Below are positions 19,862 through 27,677 of a stretch of 32,000 bases of DNA, one piece after another. Every line of letters starts with the position of its first letter. The first letter of the stretch is position 1. The notes beneath the pieces are model-generated. The model was not told where the DNA came from. It saw nothing but the letters and a program-made list of their open reading frames with translations, and did not search any database. A program made the translations under genes and the position numbers. This stretch comes from Acaryochloris marina MBIC11017 (GTDB taxonomy: Bacteria; Cyanobacteriota; Cyanobacteriia; Thermosynechococcales; Thermosynechococcaceae), in NCBI RefSeq assembly GCF_000018105.1, contig NC_009925.1, positions 4,290,001 to 4,322,000 on the forward strand, given 5' to 3'.

Positions 19862-20179
19862 TTAGTTGGTGATAAAAGCTGCACCGTTGGGACCGCGGGT
19901 GATGATATTTCCTGTGGGGGTGGCGGCGCTACGGGCGGTGGAATCGGTTTTGGTAATATGGGGCGCACCGTTGGGGCCTCGGTTGACGACGGAGAGGGCG
20001 TCATGGGGCTCAGTTGTAGGCTGTTGTTGAGCATCCACGGGGACTTTCTTGACGATAGAGGCTGCGCCATTGGGGCCTCGGGTCACGGTTTGGGTTTCTG
20101 CAACAGCGTTTGTGCTAAGGCCGAGGGTGATGAGGGCTGCGGCGGCGATGGTGTTGCGGGCGATTTGAGTAATGTTCAT
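19862..20179 (-). CDS. Small secreted protein with three RGPNGA repeats
   Basis: RBS ggag, ATG at 20179. Signal peptide MNITQIARNTIAAAALITLGLSTNAVA|ET. The mature part contains TRGPNGAASIV, NRGPNGAPHIT and TRGPNGAAFIT. The track ORF start at 20263 is probably too far upstream. Confidence 0.65.
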   Translation of the reverse strand: MNITQIARNTIAAAALITLGLSTNAVAETQTVTRGPNGAASIVKKVPVDAQQQPTTEPHDALSVVNRGPNGAPHITKTDSTARSAATPTGNIITRGPNGAAFITN

Positions 20180-20387
20180 AATGTCTTGCTCCAACTTCAA
20201 TGTCTTTAATGTACGAGGGCTAACTGAGGCCCAAGTTAGGGAAATCTGTGCAAAATCATCCACTTTGCTGAAACGTTCAGAAGAGTTCCCTGAGAAAACT
20301 GAGAGGATTTTTGGAGGTAGCCGGGAGGTGTTTCTAAATCCTTTATCGGAGTAAGCTACGGATACAGAAGTCCATCGATGTCATCAC

Positions 20388-21122
20388 ATGCTTTGGGAAC
20401 AACTAACGGCTAATCCTCTGATTCAGGATAGTGTCGTGATGGTGATCACCTTGATGCTCGCCCTGAGCTGGTTGCGGATCATGGATGCTCTAGCAGCTAA
20501 TGGGATATTGGAGCAAAAACTGAGCCGCAAGATCATTCATATGGGAACAGGTCCCCTATTTGTATTGTGCTGGCCCTTTTTCAGTCCCCAGCCCACCGCT
20601 TGCTACTTTGCCGCCTTGGTTCCCTTGGCGATTACCCTTCAATTTATTGGGATTGGCGTGGGCTGGATTCAAGACCCCGATGCCGTCCAAGCTATGACTC
20701 GAACCGGTAACCCTAAAGAGATTCTCAAAGGGCCACTGTTTTATGGTCTGGTATTTGTCGTTTGCACCATTGGATTTTGGCGCACCTCGCCCGTGGGGAT
20801 GTTGGCTTTAATGATGATGTGTGGGGGAGATGGCTTGGCGGATATTGTGGGCCGACGGTTGGGGGTTCACAAACTGCCCTTTAGCCCTGAGAAAAGCTGG
20901 GCCGGTTCTGCCGCCATGTTTGCAGGCAGCTTTTTGTTTGCCTTTAGTTTTTTGAGTTTGTTTAATCGCTTGAATTATTTTCAACCCCCGTTGGTTGGTA
21001 CGGTCGGCATTGTGGCAGCGATCGCACTGATTGCGACCCTCGTTGAATCATTACCCTTTCGAGATATTGATAATCTCACTTTGACAGGGGTGGCCGTAGT
21101 TTTAGGTCTTTGGTGGTTTTAA
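20388..21122 (+). CDS. Phytol kinase-like protein (VTE5 / polyprenol kinase, CTP-transferase family)
   Basis: 244-aa polytopic protein with SRKIIHMGTGPLF and CGGDGLADIVGRRLG...KSWAGSAAMF motifs, typical of cyanobacterial phytol/dolichol kinases. Confidence 0.7.
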   Translation: MLWEQLTANPLIQDSVVMVITLMLALSWLRIMDALAANGILEQKLSRKIIHMGTGPLFVLCWPFFSPQPTACYFAALVPLAITLQFIGIGVGWIQDPDAVQAMTRTGNPKEILKGPLFYGLVFVVCTIGFWRTSPVGMLALMMMCGGDGLADIVGRRLGVHKLPFSPEKSWAGSAAMFAGSFLFAFSFLSLFNRLNYFQPPLVGTVGIVAAIALIATLVESLPFRDIDNLTLTGVAVVLGLWWF

Positions 21123-22216
21123 TGGGTTAAGGCCAGACGCTCTGTTGAGGAAGCAGAAGGGGCAAACCGCTGCCAACTAAAGTGGGTCAGACACGGATCG
21201 ACCTGTCCCGTCATAATCAGGTCTGTAATCAGACGGGCCGTGATAGGTGTTAGCAGAATGCCATTCCGGTAATGTCCCGTTGCCAAAATTAGATTGTCAT
21301 AAGGACTAGGCCCCAAAATGGGCAATTCATCAGGGGTTGCGGGTCGAAATCCCCACCAACAGACTTCTAGGGGGTAGTCGGCTAAGGGGGGATAGAGGCG
21401 AATCGCCTTCGCGAGTAGGGATTGGATGCCGCCTGGCGTATTGTAAGCAGCAAACCCCACATCTTCACTTGTGGCACCGACAACGATGCGCCCCTTTTGG
21501 CGAGGGACAATATAGGTGCCTGGCCCAAACAAAACTTTGTTTAAGAGTTGTCTGGGAGGCTGTACCGCAAATAACTGACCCTTGCGAGGGGTGACGGGGA
21601 TGGGCAGTAGTTCCTGGGACCAAGATCCCGTTGCCAAAAGATAGGTTGGAGCTTGCCGAGTTCCTAGGGTGGTGTGCACCTGTTGGACTTGGTGGTCTTT
21701 CGTCTCAAACCCCGTGACATTTACCCCTTCTTCTAGGGTGACCCCGAGCTGGCGAGCGGCTTGTAGTAATACTTGGGCCAATTGCTGGTTATTGACCTGG
21801 GCATCTTGGGGAAACCACCAGCCACCGACTATCTCTGGACTCAAGTCGGGTTGATATTGGCGTATCGTGGTGCGATCGCACCATTCTGCATCTCCTGTAA
21901 ATCGAGGCGGCGAATCTGCAAAGGTTGGGGCCAAAATTCCACAGGGCCAATATCCCGTTTCTAACCCGGTCAGTTCCGTCAGTTGGCTCGTCCAGTCTGG
22001 ATATAGGTCTCGACTCCGCAGACAAAGATCTAGCATAGGACCGGGTTCTAATCCCTCAGCTTGGGGAGCTAGCATGCCTGCCGCTGCATGGAGAGCCGCT
22101 TCTTGGAAATTGCGGCTGAGGACCGTGACTTTAGCCCCTTGGCGCGTTAGTTCGATGGCAGTGGCTAAGCCCATCGCGCCACCGCCAATCACTAAGACAT
22201 CAGAACTGGAATTCAT
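21119..22216 (-). CDS. thiO: Glycine oxidase ThiO (FAD-dependent oxidoreductase)
   Basis: 365 aa. The dinucleotide fold is DVLVIGGGAMGLATAIEL, and AAGMLAPQAE...YWPCGILAP resembles cyanobacterial ThiO. It is stand-alone, not fused to ThiG. Confidence 0.75.
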   Translation of the reverse strand: MNSSSDVLVIGGGAMGLATAIELTRQGAKVTVLSRNFQEAALHAAAGMLAPQAEGLEPGPMLDLCLRSRDLYPDWTSQLTELTGLETGYWPCGILAPTFADSPPRFTGDAEWCDRTTIRQYQPDLSPEIVGGWWFPQDAQVNNQQLAQVLLQAARQLGVTLEEGVNVTGFETKDHQVQQVHTTLGTRQAPTYLLATGSWSQELLPIPVTPRKGQLFAVQPPRQLLNKVLFGPGTYIVPRQKGRIVVGATSEDVGFAAYNTPGGIQSLLAKAIRLYPPLADYPLEVCWWGFRPATPDELPILGPSPYDNLILATGHYRNGILLTPITARLITDLIMTGQVDPCLTHFSWQRFAPSASSTERLALTH

Positions 22217-22316
22217 TTATTGCTGAGGTGGGGGGTGAGAAGATATTCTAGCGGTCTAACTGTGCAGAAACAGACGACTAAACTTCCCCCAAATCCCATT
22301 CTAATCTGCGTTTGGC

Positions 22317-22901
22317 ATGACTCAACTTCCAATTGCTGCCTTTATTGCTGCGGCCCGTTCCGGTCGGCTGGTGAGCTTCCCCACGGATACGGTTCCGGCT
22401 TTAGCAGCTCGTCCCGACCAAGCTTCGCAAATCTTTGCAGCTAAGCAACGACAGCCGGATAAGCCGCTGATTTTGATGGGGGCTTCTCCAGAGATGCTTT
22501 GGCCTTATGTACGTAAGGATGGGAAGGAGCTGAACCAGTGGCAACAGATGGCGGCTGACTATTGGCCGGGGGCGTTGACCTTGGTGTTACCGGCTTGCGA
22601 TCGCGTTCCTCCAGCCATGAATCCCCTCACGCCCGACAGTATTGGCATTCGGGTGCCCAATTCCCAGGTGGCGCAAATGATTTTGCAGCAAACCGGACCC
22701 TTGGCCACCACCAGTATCAATCGCTCTGGGCAACCCGCTTTAACCACTGTTGAAGCCATCAATCAACACTTCCCCGATGTGTTTACTCCTCTAGCTAGCC
22801 TGTGGCCCGAACCTCAATCGACAGAACCTCTGCCTTCGACAGTTATCAAATGGGATGGGCAGGGTTGGGAAGTTTTGCGTCAGGGGGTAATCCAGATTTA
22901 G
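22317..22901 (+). CDS. tsaC: L-threonylcarbamoyladenylate synthase (YrdC/TsaC family)
   Basis: 194 aa containing a YrdC domain only. Motifs are FPTDTVPALAA, KPLILMG, PGALTLVLP, IGIRVP and LATTSINRSGQPA. Confidence 0.8.
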   Translation: MTQLPIAAFIAAARSGRLVSFPTDTVPALAARPDQASQIFAAKQRQPDKPLILMGASPEMLWPYVRKDGKELNQWQQMAADYWPGALTLVLPACDRVPPAMNPLTPDSIGIRVPNSQVAQMILQQTGPLATTSINRSGQPALTTVEAINQHFPDVFTPLASLWPEPQSTEPLPSTVIKWDGQGWEVLRQGVIQI

Positions 22902-23102
22902 GGCAAATGTATTTTGACTGGTTCAGGTCTCATTTGTAACACCCACATACAGCTTCCCCATCTATATACTTGGCCTTGTTGAATTATCGTTAGCTGAATC
23001 ATGCAAGAGATCTAATAAGAATAGTTGCAGAATAAAATTTAATGATTAACACTAAAAATTAAGTTAAGTAAATTAAGAAATATAGATGTAAAATAACTAT
23101 TT

Positions 23103-23834
23103 TTATTCAAAAATCTTTATATTTTCTTCGATTGTTTTGATTATATCTTCATCGAACTCCTTATTTTTATTTAAAATTACTTTATTGTCTGTATTTCGCT
23201 TTTGGGTTTTCTTGATATTATCTATTTCTTTTATGATTATCTGCATTAAATATTGATTGTCATCTATATTCTGGTGAGTAATTGTTGTATCAGACAAAAG
23301 TGTTTCAACATTAATATTTCTGGAGCCACTCATTTCCCTGACACCTTGAGGCTCCAAGAAATCCGTTGACTCTTGATAGTAATTAATTCCTGAAGTTACA
23401 TTTGTAGGTAAAGTATTATTATTTGCTTTTACTGAGTCGATCTGAATCAATAAATCGATAATTTGATCCTCAGGTAACAATAACTCTTTCGATAATTTAA
23501 TTGCCGAACGACCACCAAGACTATATCCAATTATTACTAACTTTCCTATATCACTAAATGACTTTATATACCTATAAGCTTCTTCATTTTCATGATGTTG
23601 GAATACTTTACTAGAAATAGATATTTTTAATCCACTATTGAAATTATTTCGTAAGGCTATATTTAGCTTTTCGATACCATTGGAGTTGGATGAGCTACTG
23701 CGTAATTCAGCAAATAAACCATCAAATAATACGACTACTGTTCGTTTGCCTATAGAGTTTTCAGAAGACAAGCAGGATTTAATAGGAAATAGAACTATGA
23801 AGGATGCAAAAATTATAGAAATTATTTTTTTCAT
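23103..23834 (-). CDS. Secreted/lipoprotein-like alpha/beta-hydrolase (lipase/esterase-like) protein
   Basis: 243 aa in a very AT-rich region. Signal peptide MKKIISIIFASFIVLFPIKSC. Nucleophile elbow VIIGYSLGGRSA (GxSxG), preceded by VVVLFDG. A possible catalytic His lies in TITHQNIDD. Confidence 0.6.
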   Translation of the reverse strand: MKKIISIIFASFIVLFPIKSCLSSENSIGKRTVVVLFDGLFAELRSSSSNSNGIEKLNIALRNNFNSGLKISISSKVFQHHENEEAYRYIKSFSDIGKLVIIGYSLGGRSAIKLSKELLLPEDQIIDLLIQIDSVKANNNTLPTNVTSGINYYQESTDFLEPQGVREMSGSRNINVETLLSDTTITHQNIDDNQYLMQIIIKEIDNIKKTQKRNTDNKVILNKNKEFDEDIIKTIEENIKIFE

Positions 23835-24129
23835 TGTTCATTAGTTTTATAGTTTCTCTGATACATTTTTTGGTATTTGAAGCTTTTAGCTATAGATGAA
23901 GTTAGCTATAAATTTAGCTTAATAATATACATTTTAACTTTCTTTTTGTTTTGCTCTAAATTAACCCTCTTATCCCCTTTATAAAGCCTAGTTTCACTCC
24001 TTTTCTCTTTTGAATAACAAAAGTGATAAGGCATTTAATTCGGTTCAATCTACTTATGATCATCTCTTTATATTTGATGACAGTAACTTTATGATTTGGA
24101 CTCTTAAACTAGAATCTATAAAGTATTTT

Positions 24130-27100
24130 CTAAATATAATGATCACAGGCTTGCATAGCTTCTATGACAATATCCTCACCTTTGGTTGGCTGCTTGAATA
24201 TGGAATGATAGTACAGTTGATGGCAAGCAGTTGACAGTAAAGATTTCAAATCAGAAATATTCCAGATACGGACGCTTTTGTCATCACTACTGCTGATGAT
24301 GCGCTGGCCATCAAGACTAAAAGCTACTGACATAACTGAAGACTCATGTCCTTTCAGTGGTTTGCCGATAAGGTCACCAGTTTTGGCATCCCAAAGTCGA
24401 ATAGTTTTGTCCCAACTGCCGCTGACAATGCGTTGACTGTCAGGACTAAATGCCACTGACATGATAGATAACTCATGTCCTCTTAACGGCTTGCCTATAG
24501 GGTCACCGGTTTTAGCATCCCAAAATCGTATGGTTCTATCTCCACTACTGCTGACAATGCGTTGACTGTCAGGACTAAATGCCACTGACATGACAGGCAA
24601 CTTATGCCCTCTTAATGGCTTGCCTACAGGGTCACCGGTTTTAGCATCCCAAAGTCGTAAGGTTTTGTCACCACTGCCGCTAACGATGTGTTGGCCATCA
24701 GGACTAAATGTCACTGTTCTGACCAAAGACTTATGGCCTTTTAACGGCTTGCCTACAGGGTCACCGGTTTTGGCATTCCAAAGTCGGACGGTGTTGTCAT
24801 TACTGCCGCTAGCGATGTGTTGGCCATCAGGACTAAATGCTACTGACATGACAGCTGATTCATGTCCTTTCAACGGCTTGCCAATGATTTCACCGGTTTT
24901 AGCATCCCAGACTCGTATGGTTTTGTCCCAACTGCCACTAGCGATGTGTTGGCCATCAGGACTAAATGCTACTGACCTGACAAAATCTTCATGTCCTTTC
25001 AACGGCTTGCCAATGATTTCACCGGTTTTGGCATCCCAGACTCGTATGGTTTTATCCCTACTGCCGCTAGCGATGTGTTGGCCATCAGGACTAAATGCTA
25101 CTGACCTGACAAAATCTTCATGTCCTTTCAACGGTTTACTGATAGAGCTACCAGTCTCTGTGTCCCAGAGTCGCACGGTTTTGTCATAACTGCCACTGAC
25201 GATGTGCTGGCCATCAGGACTAAATGCTACTGACATAACAGTATCTTCATGTCCTTTAAATGGTTTGCCGATCGGGTCACCGGTTTTAGCATCCCAAAGT
25301 CGCATGGTTTTGTCACTACTGTTGCTGGCGATGAGCTGGCCATCAGGACTAAATGCCACTGATTCGACCACAGACTTGTGTCCTTTCAATGGTTTACCGA
25401 TTGGGGCACCGGTTTTAGCATCCCAAAGTCGCACGGTTTTGTCATAACTGCCACTGACAATGTGCTGACCATCAGGACTAAATGCTACTGACATGACATA
25501 GGACTTATGTCCTTTCAATGGTTTGCCGATCAGGTCACCAGTCTTAGCATTCCAAATTTGTACAGTATTGTCACCACTGCCACTGACAATGTGCTGACCA
25601 TCAGGACTAAATGCTACTGACATGACAGAAGATTTATGGATAAACTGATTGCGCTCCCTGTTAGCAAGAACCGCAGTCAGTAAGCTATCGTCTACAAAAT
25701 CGAACTGTGGACGGTCGGGAAATTGAACAAACGCTGACTGGCTTAATCTCTTTGCAGCAATGGCATTAATTATTGCTTGCACAGGTTGGCTCTCAGCTAA
25801 AGCTTTAGAGTTTGTCGCCAATTGCTTTACTCGTTGCCGCTGGGCGCTTTGCGTCTGAAACAACGCAAAAATGGCAGTACCTGCCATCAATACCGAACCA
25901 ATAGATGCACCAATAGCGATACTTCTGGCTCGCTTTAATTCTCGCTTTTGAAAGCGGAGACTAGCATTTATATATTTGTTCTCATCTGCGCTGAGGGTAA
26001 GAGATTGTAATTCAAAACGATTGGAACTACGGAGCTCAATGACCTTCTCTAGGAAAGAACCCTTTAGTAATTCTTCATTCGATTGACATGTTTCATTCCA
26101 ACGCCCTAAATCCTCAACTAAACGAGATTTTATCAACAGAGTTTCCTTAGTTTCATCAATCCAACCTTCCAGCATTTTCCACGAACTCAACAGAATCTCA
26201 TGGGCAATCTCAATTGTTGCTTGTTGTGCAGAAGAGTTTTTGGTCTCTTGCTTTGGTAAGCCTGATAGGTTCAAGCACTCGCTATTGCTGACCAACAAAT
26301 TCTCATTGATGAGCCGATCAATCGTTGCTTGTACAGTAGCTCCATAGAATTTGGATCTAGCCATACTTTGGCTAACAGGCTTGCTTACACCATCTGTTTC
26401 AATAAGTTTAACTAGACTTAAGAAAATCTGCTTAACTGCTTGTTGTCCATCCGTACCAAGTTCTTCATAGATCTTGTTGACATGTTTTTCCAAGGTACCT
26501 CTCACCTTGCCAAGAGCTCGGTAATTCTGAGTATTTAGAATTCGATCATTCAGTTCATCATGTTCGAATTCGTACTTCCACAGTTGATCCAAGGTATATT
26601 GCATCAAAGGCAAAGCTCCCGCTTGTCCTTGAACATCGTGAATGATTTCTCTAACCAGCTTCGGTTCAAATCGCACTCCATGCTTCGCGGCTGGACCCTT
26701 AATTGCCAGCTCTAGTTCATCTTCTGGCATATCAGTGACGAGGTAAATTTCCTGTTGCACAGCCTTGCCAAATTGAGCATATGGGCTGAACTGTTCTAGA
26801 AAATCAGCCCGCATTGCCAACATAATCTTGAGCGAGCAATCCTTAGAGTCAGCAATTTTAGTAATACTATTTATAAAATTCTTTCGCTGTTGCAAGTTTG
26901 TACAACGAGTAAATAGTTCCTCAAATTGATCAATGAAGACTAACCACTCAGTATTTTGTTCTTTAAGGCGGTAGGCTATTTGTGAGAAAACATTGGATTT
27001 TTCCTTTAAAATAAATTCAGTTTGTGACTCATCGAAGCGATAATCTTTATCCAATCCAGTCTTATCTCTACCAATTAAACTTGTATAAAGTGACTGAAAA

Positions 27101-27477
27101 GGATTCTTCCCAGGTGTCAGAACAAAACCATGATGATTGGAACTAGTACTTAAGAACTCAGGAATAATCTTTGCTCGTACTACCGATGATTTACCACTAC
27201 CAGAAGCTCCAAGAACCAAAACCAAATTCTTGGTCTTAAGTGCTACTTGCAATGCCTGTGCAAGCTGATAGCGACCAAAAAAGTACTCAACATCGTCAAC
27301 ATCAAAACGTTTTAGCGCTTTATAGGGTGACCTTGCTTGGAATGAATTTAGTTTAATCGTCTCCGGTGTAATTAAGAGCTGTTGCTCAATATAGGTAGAC
27401 CCAATAACATTTTGGCCAATATTTCCCTTAGCACCCTGGCCAATATCAATCTTTCTAGGAGAGCTGTCATTAACCAT
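24130..27477 (-). CDS. NLR-like STAND P-loop NTPase with an N-terminal G/N/Q-rich motif, one TM helix and 11 WD40 repeats
   Basis: RBS gagagg, ATG at 27477 (the track TTG start at 27516 is less likely). N-terminus MVNDSSPRKIDIGQGAKGNIGQNVIGS. Then SPYKALKRFDVDDVEYFFGR, Walker A GASGSGKSS (27183..27210) and Walker B LVFIDQFEELF. TM helix IAIGASIGSVLMAGTAIFALF, followed by 11 WD40 units of 43 aa. Confidence 0.9.
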   Translation of the reverse strand: MVNDSSPRKIDIGQGAKGNIGQNVIGSTYIEQQLLITPETIKLNSFQARSPYKALKRFDVDDVEYFFGRYQLAQALQVALKTKNLVLVLGASGSGKSSVVRAKIIPEFLSTSSNHHGFVLTPGKNPFQSLYTSLIGRDKTGLDKDYRFDESQTEFILKEKSNVFSQIAYRLKEQNTEWLVFIDQFEELFTRCTNLQQRKNFINSITKIADSKDCSLKIMLAMRADFLEQFSPYAQFGKAVQQEIYLVTDMPEDELELAIKGPAAKHGVRFEPKLVREIIHDVQGQAGALPLMQYTLDQLWKYEFEHDELNDRILNTQNYRALGKVRGTLEKHVNKIYEELGTDGQQAVKQIFLSLVKLIETDGVSKPVSQSMARSKFYGATVQATIDRLINENLLVSNSECLNLSGLPKQETKNSSAQQATIEIAHEILLSSWKMLEGWIDETKETLLIKSRLVEDLGRWNETCQSNEELLKGSFLEKVIELRSSNRFELQSLTLSADENKYINASLRFQKRELKRARSIAIGASIGSVLMAGTAIFALFQTQSAQRQRVKQLATNSKALAESQPVQAIINAIAAKRLSQSAFVQFPDRPQFDFVDDSLLTAVLANRERNQFIHKSSVMSVAFSPDGQHIVSGSGDNTVQIWNAKTGDLIGKPLKGHKSYVMSVAFSPDGQHIVSGSYDKTVRLWDAKTGAPIGKPLKGHKSVVESVAFSPDGQLIASNSSDKTMRLWDAKTGDPIGKPFKGHEDTVMSVAFSPDGQHIVSGSYDKTVRLWDTETGSSISKPLKGHEDFVRSVAFSPDGQHIASGSRDKTIRVWDAKTGEIIGKPLKGHEDFVRSVAFSPDGQHIASGSWDKTIRVWDAKTGEIIGKPLKGHESAVMSVAFSPDGQHIASGSNDNTVRLWNAKTGDPVGKPLKGHKSLVRTVTFSPDGQHIVSGSGDKTLRLWDAKTGDPVGKPLRGHKLPVMSVAFSPDSQRIVSSSGDRTIRFWDAKTGDPIGKPLRGHELSIMSVAFSPDSQRIVSGSWDKTIRLWDAKTGDLIGKPLKGHESSVMSVAFSLDGQRIISSSDDKSVRIWNISDLKSLLSTACHQLYYHSIFKQPTKGEDIVIEAMQACDHYI
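24220..25638 (-). repeat. Tandem array of 11 coding repeats of 129 nt (WD40 blades)
   Basis: Unit consensus is HxxxVxSVAFSPDGQHIVSGSxDKTVRLWDAKTGxxIGKPLKG. Units 5 and 6 (24994..25122 and 24865..24993) differ at 4 of 129 nt by my reading. Confidence 0.9.
27410..27446. repeat. Left copy of a 37-nt perfect inverted repeat (codes for the STAND N-terminal motif)
   Basis: ttttggccaatatttcccttagcaccctggccaatat is the exact reverse complement of 27973..28009. Confidence 0.9.
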
Positions 27478-27677
27478 GTTTACCTCTCGAACATTCCTGA
27501 AGAGGAGTGACTCCAAATTATTCTCAATTAATTATCTGTAGAATGAACAAAAAATATGCAAAGAAATTCATTCCTTCGAATAAAGAACAGAATAGTGGAG
27601 TAATCTTATAAATATTTCTGTAAAAGTGCTTCCCCTCTTGACTATTCACTAACTCAATCTATTAGGAGTTTAAAATT

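Noticed and set aside
19733-20209. A 158-aa plus-strand ORF rich in Gly, and other overlapping ORFs in 19831..20354.
   Set aside because: They are antisense to the RGPNGA-repeat gene or out of frame with it. That gene has an RBS, a signal peptide and a terminator. The Gly richness comes from reverse-complemented Pro/Ala codons.
21119-21122. Convergent genes whose stop codons overlap (phytol kinase-like/thiO, TTAA). The ABC exporter and GNAT stops are likewise only 1 nt apart (16858..16864), with no terminator between.
   Set aside because: This is ordinary compact gene packing and does not indicate a functional link.
24590-25447. Two long plus-strand ORFs (199 aa and 81 aa) with their own repetitive translation (…CWPSGLNATD…NGLP…).
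   Set aside because: They are antisense shadows of the WD40 repeat array. Their periodicity mirrors the 129-nt units. They have no RBS and overlap a far better-supported gene.
24220-25638. A regular 129-nt periodicity that could be mistaken for a CRISPR-like or satellite array.
   Set aside because: The units are contiguous, in frame and have no spacers. They translate into canonical WD40 blades within one long ORF.
27541-27573. A 7-bp inverted repeat (gaatgaa N19 ttcattc) and a TTGACT-like hexamer in the divergent promoter region between the STAND gene and the small-protein gene.
   Set aside because: They are too short and too AT-rich to separate from chance. I could not define convincing -35/-10 pairs, so I make no promoter or operator call.
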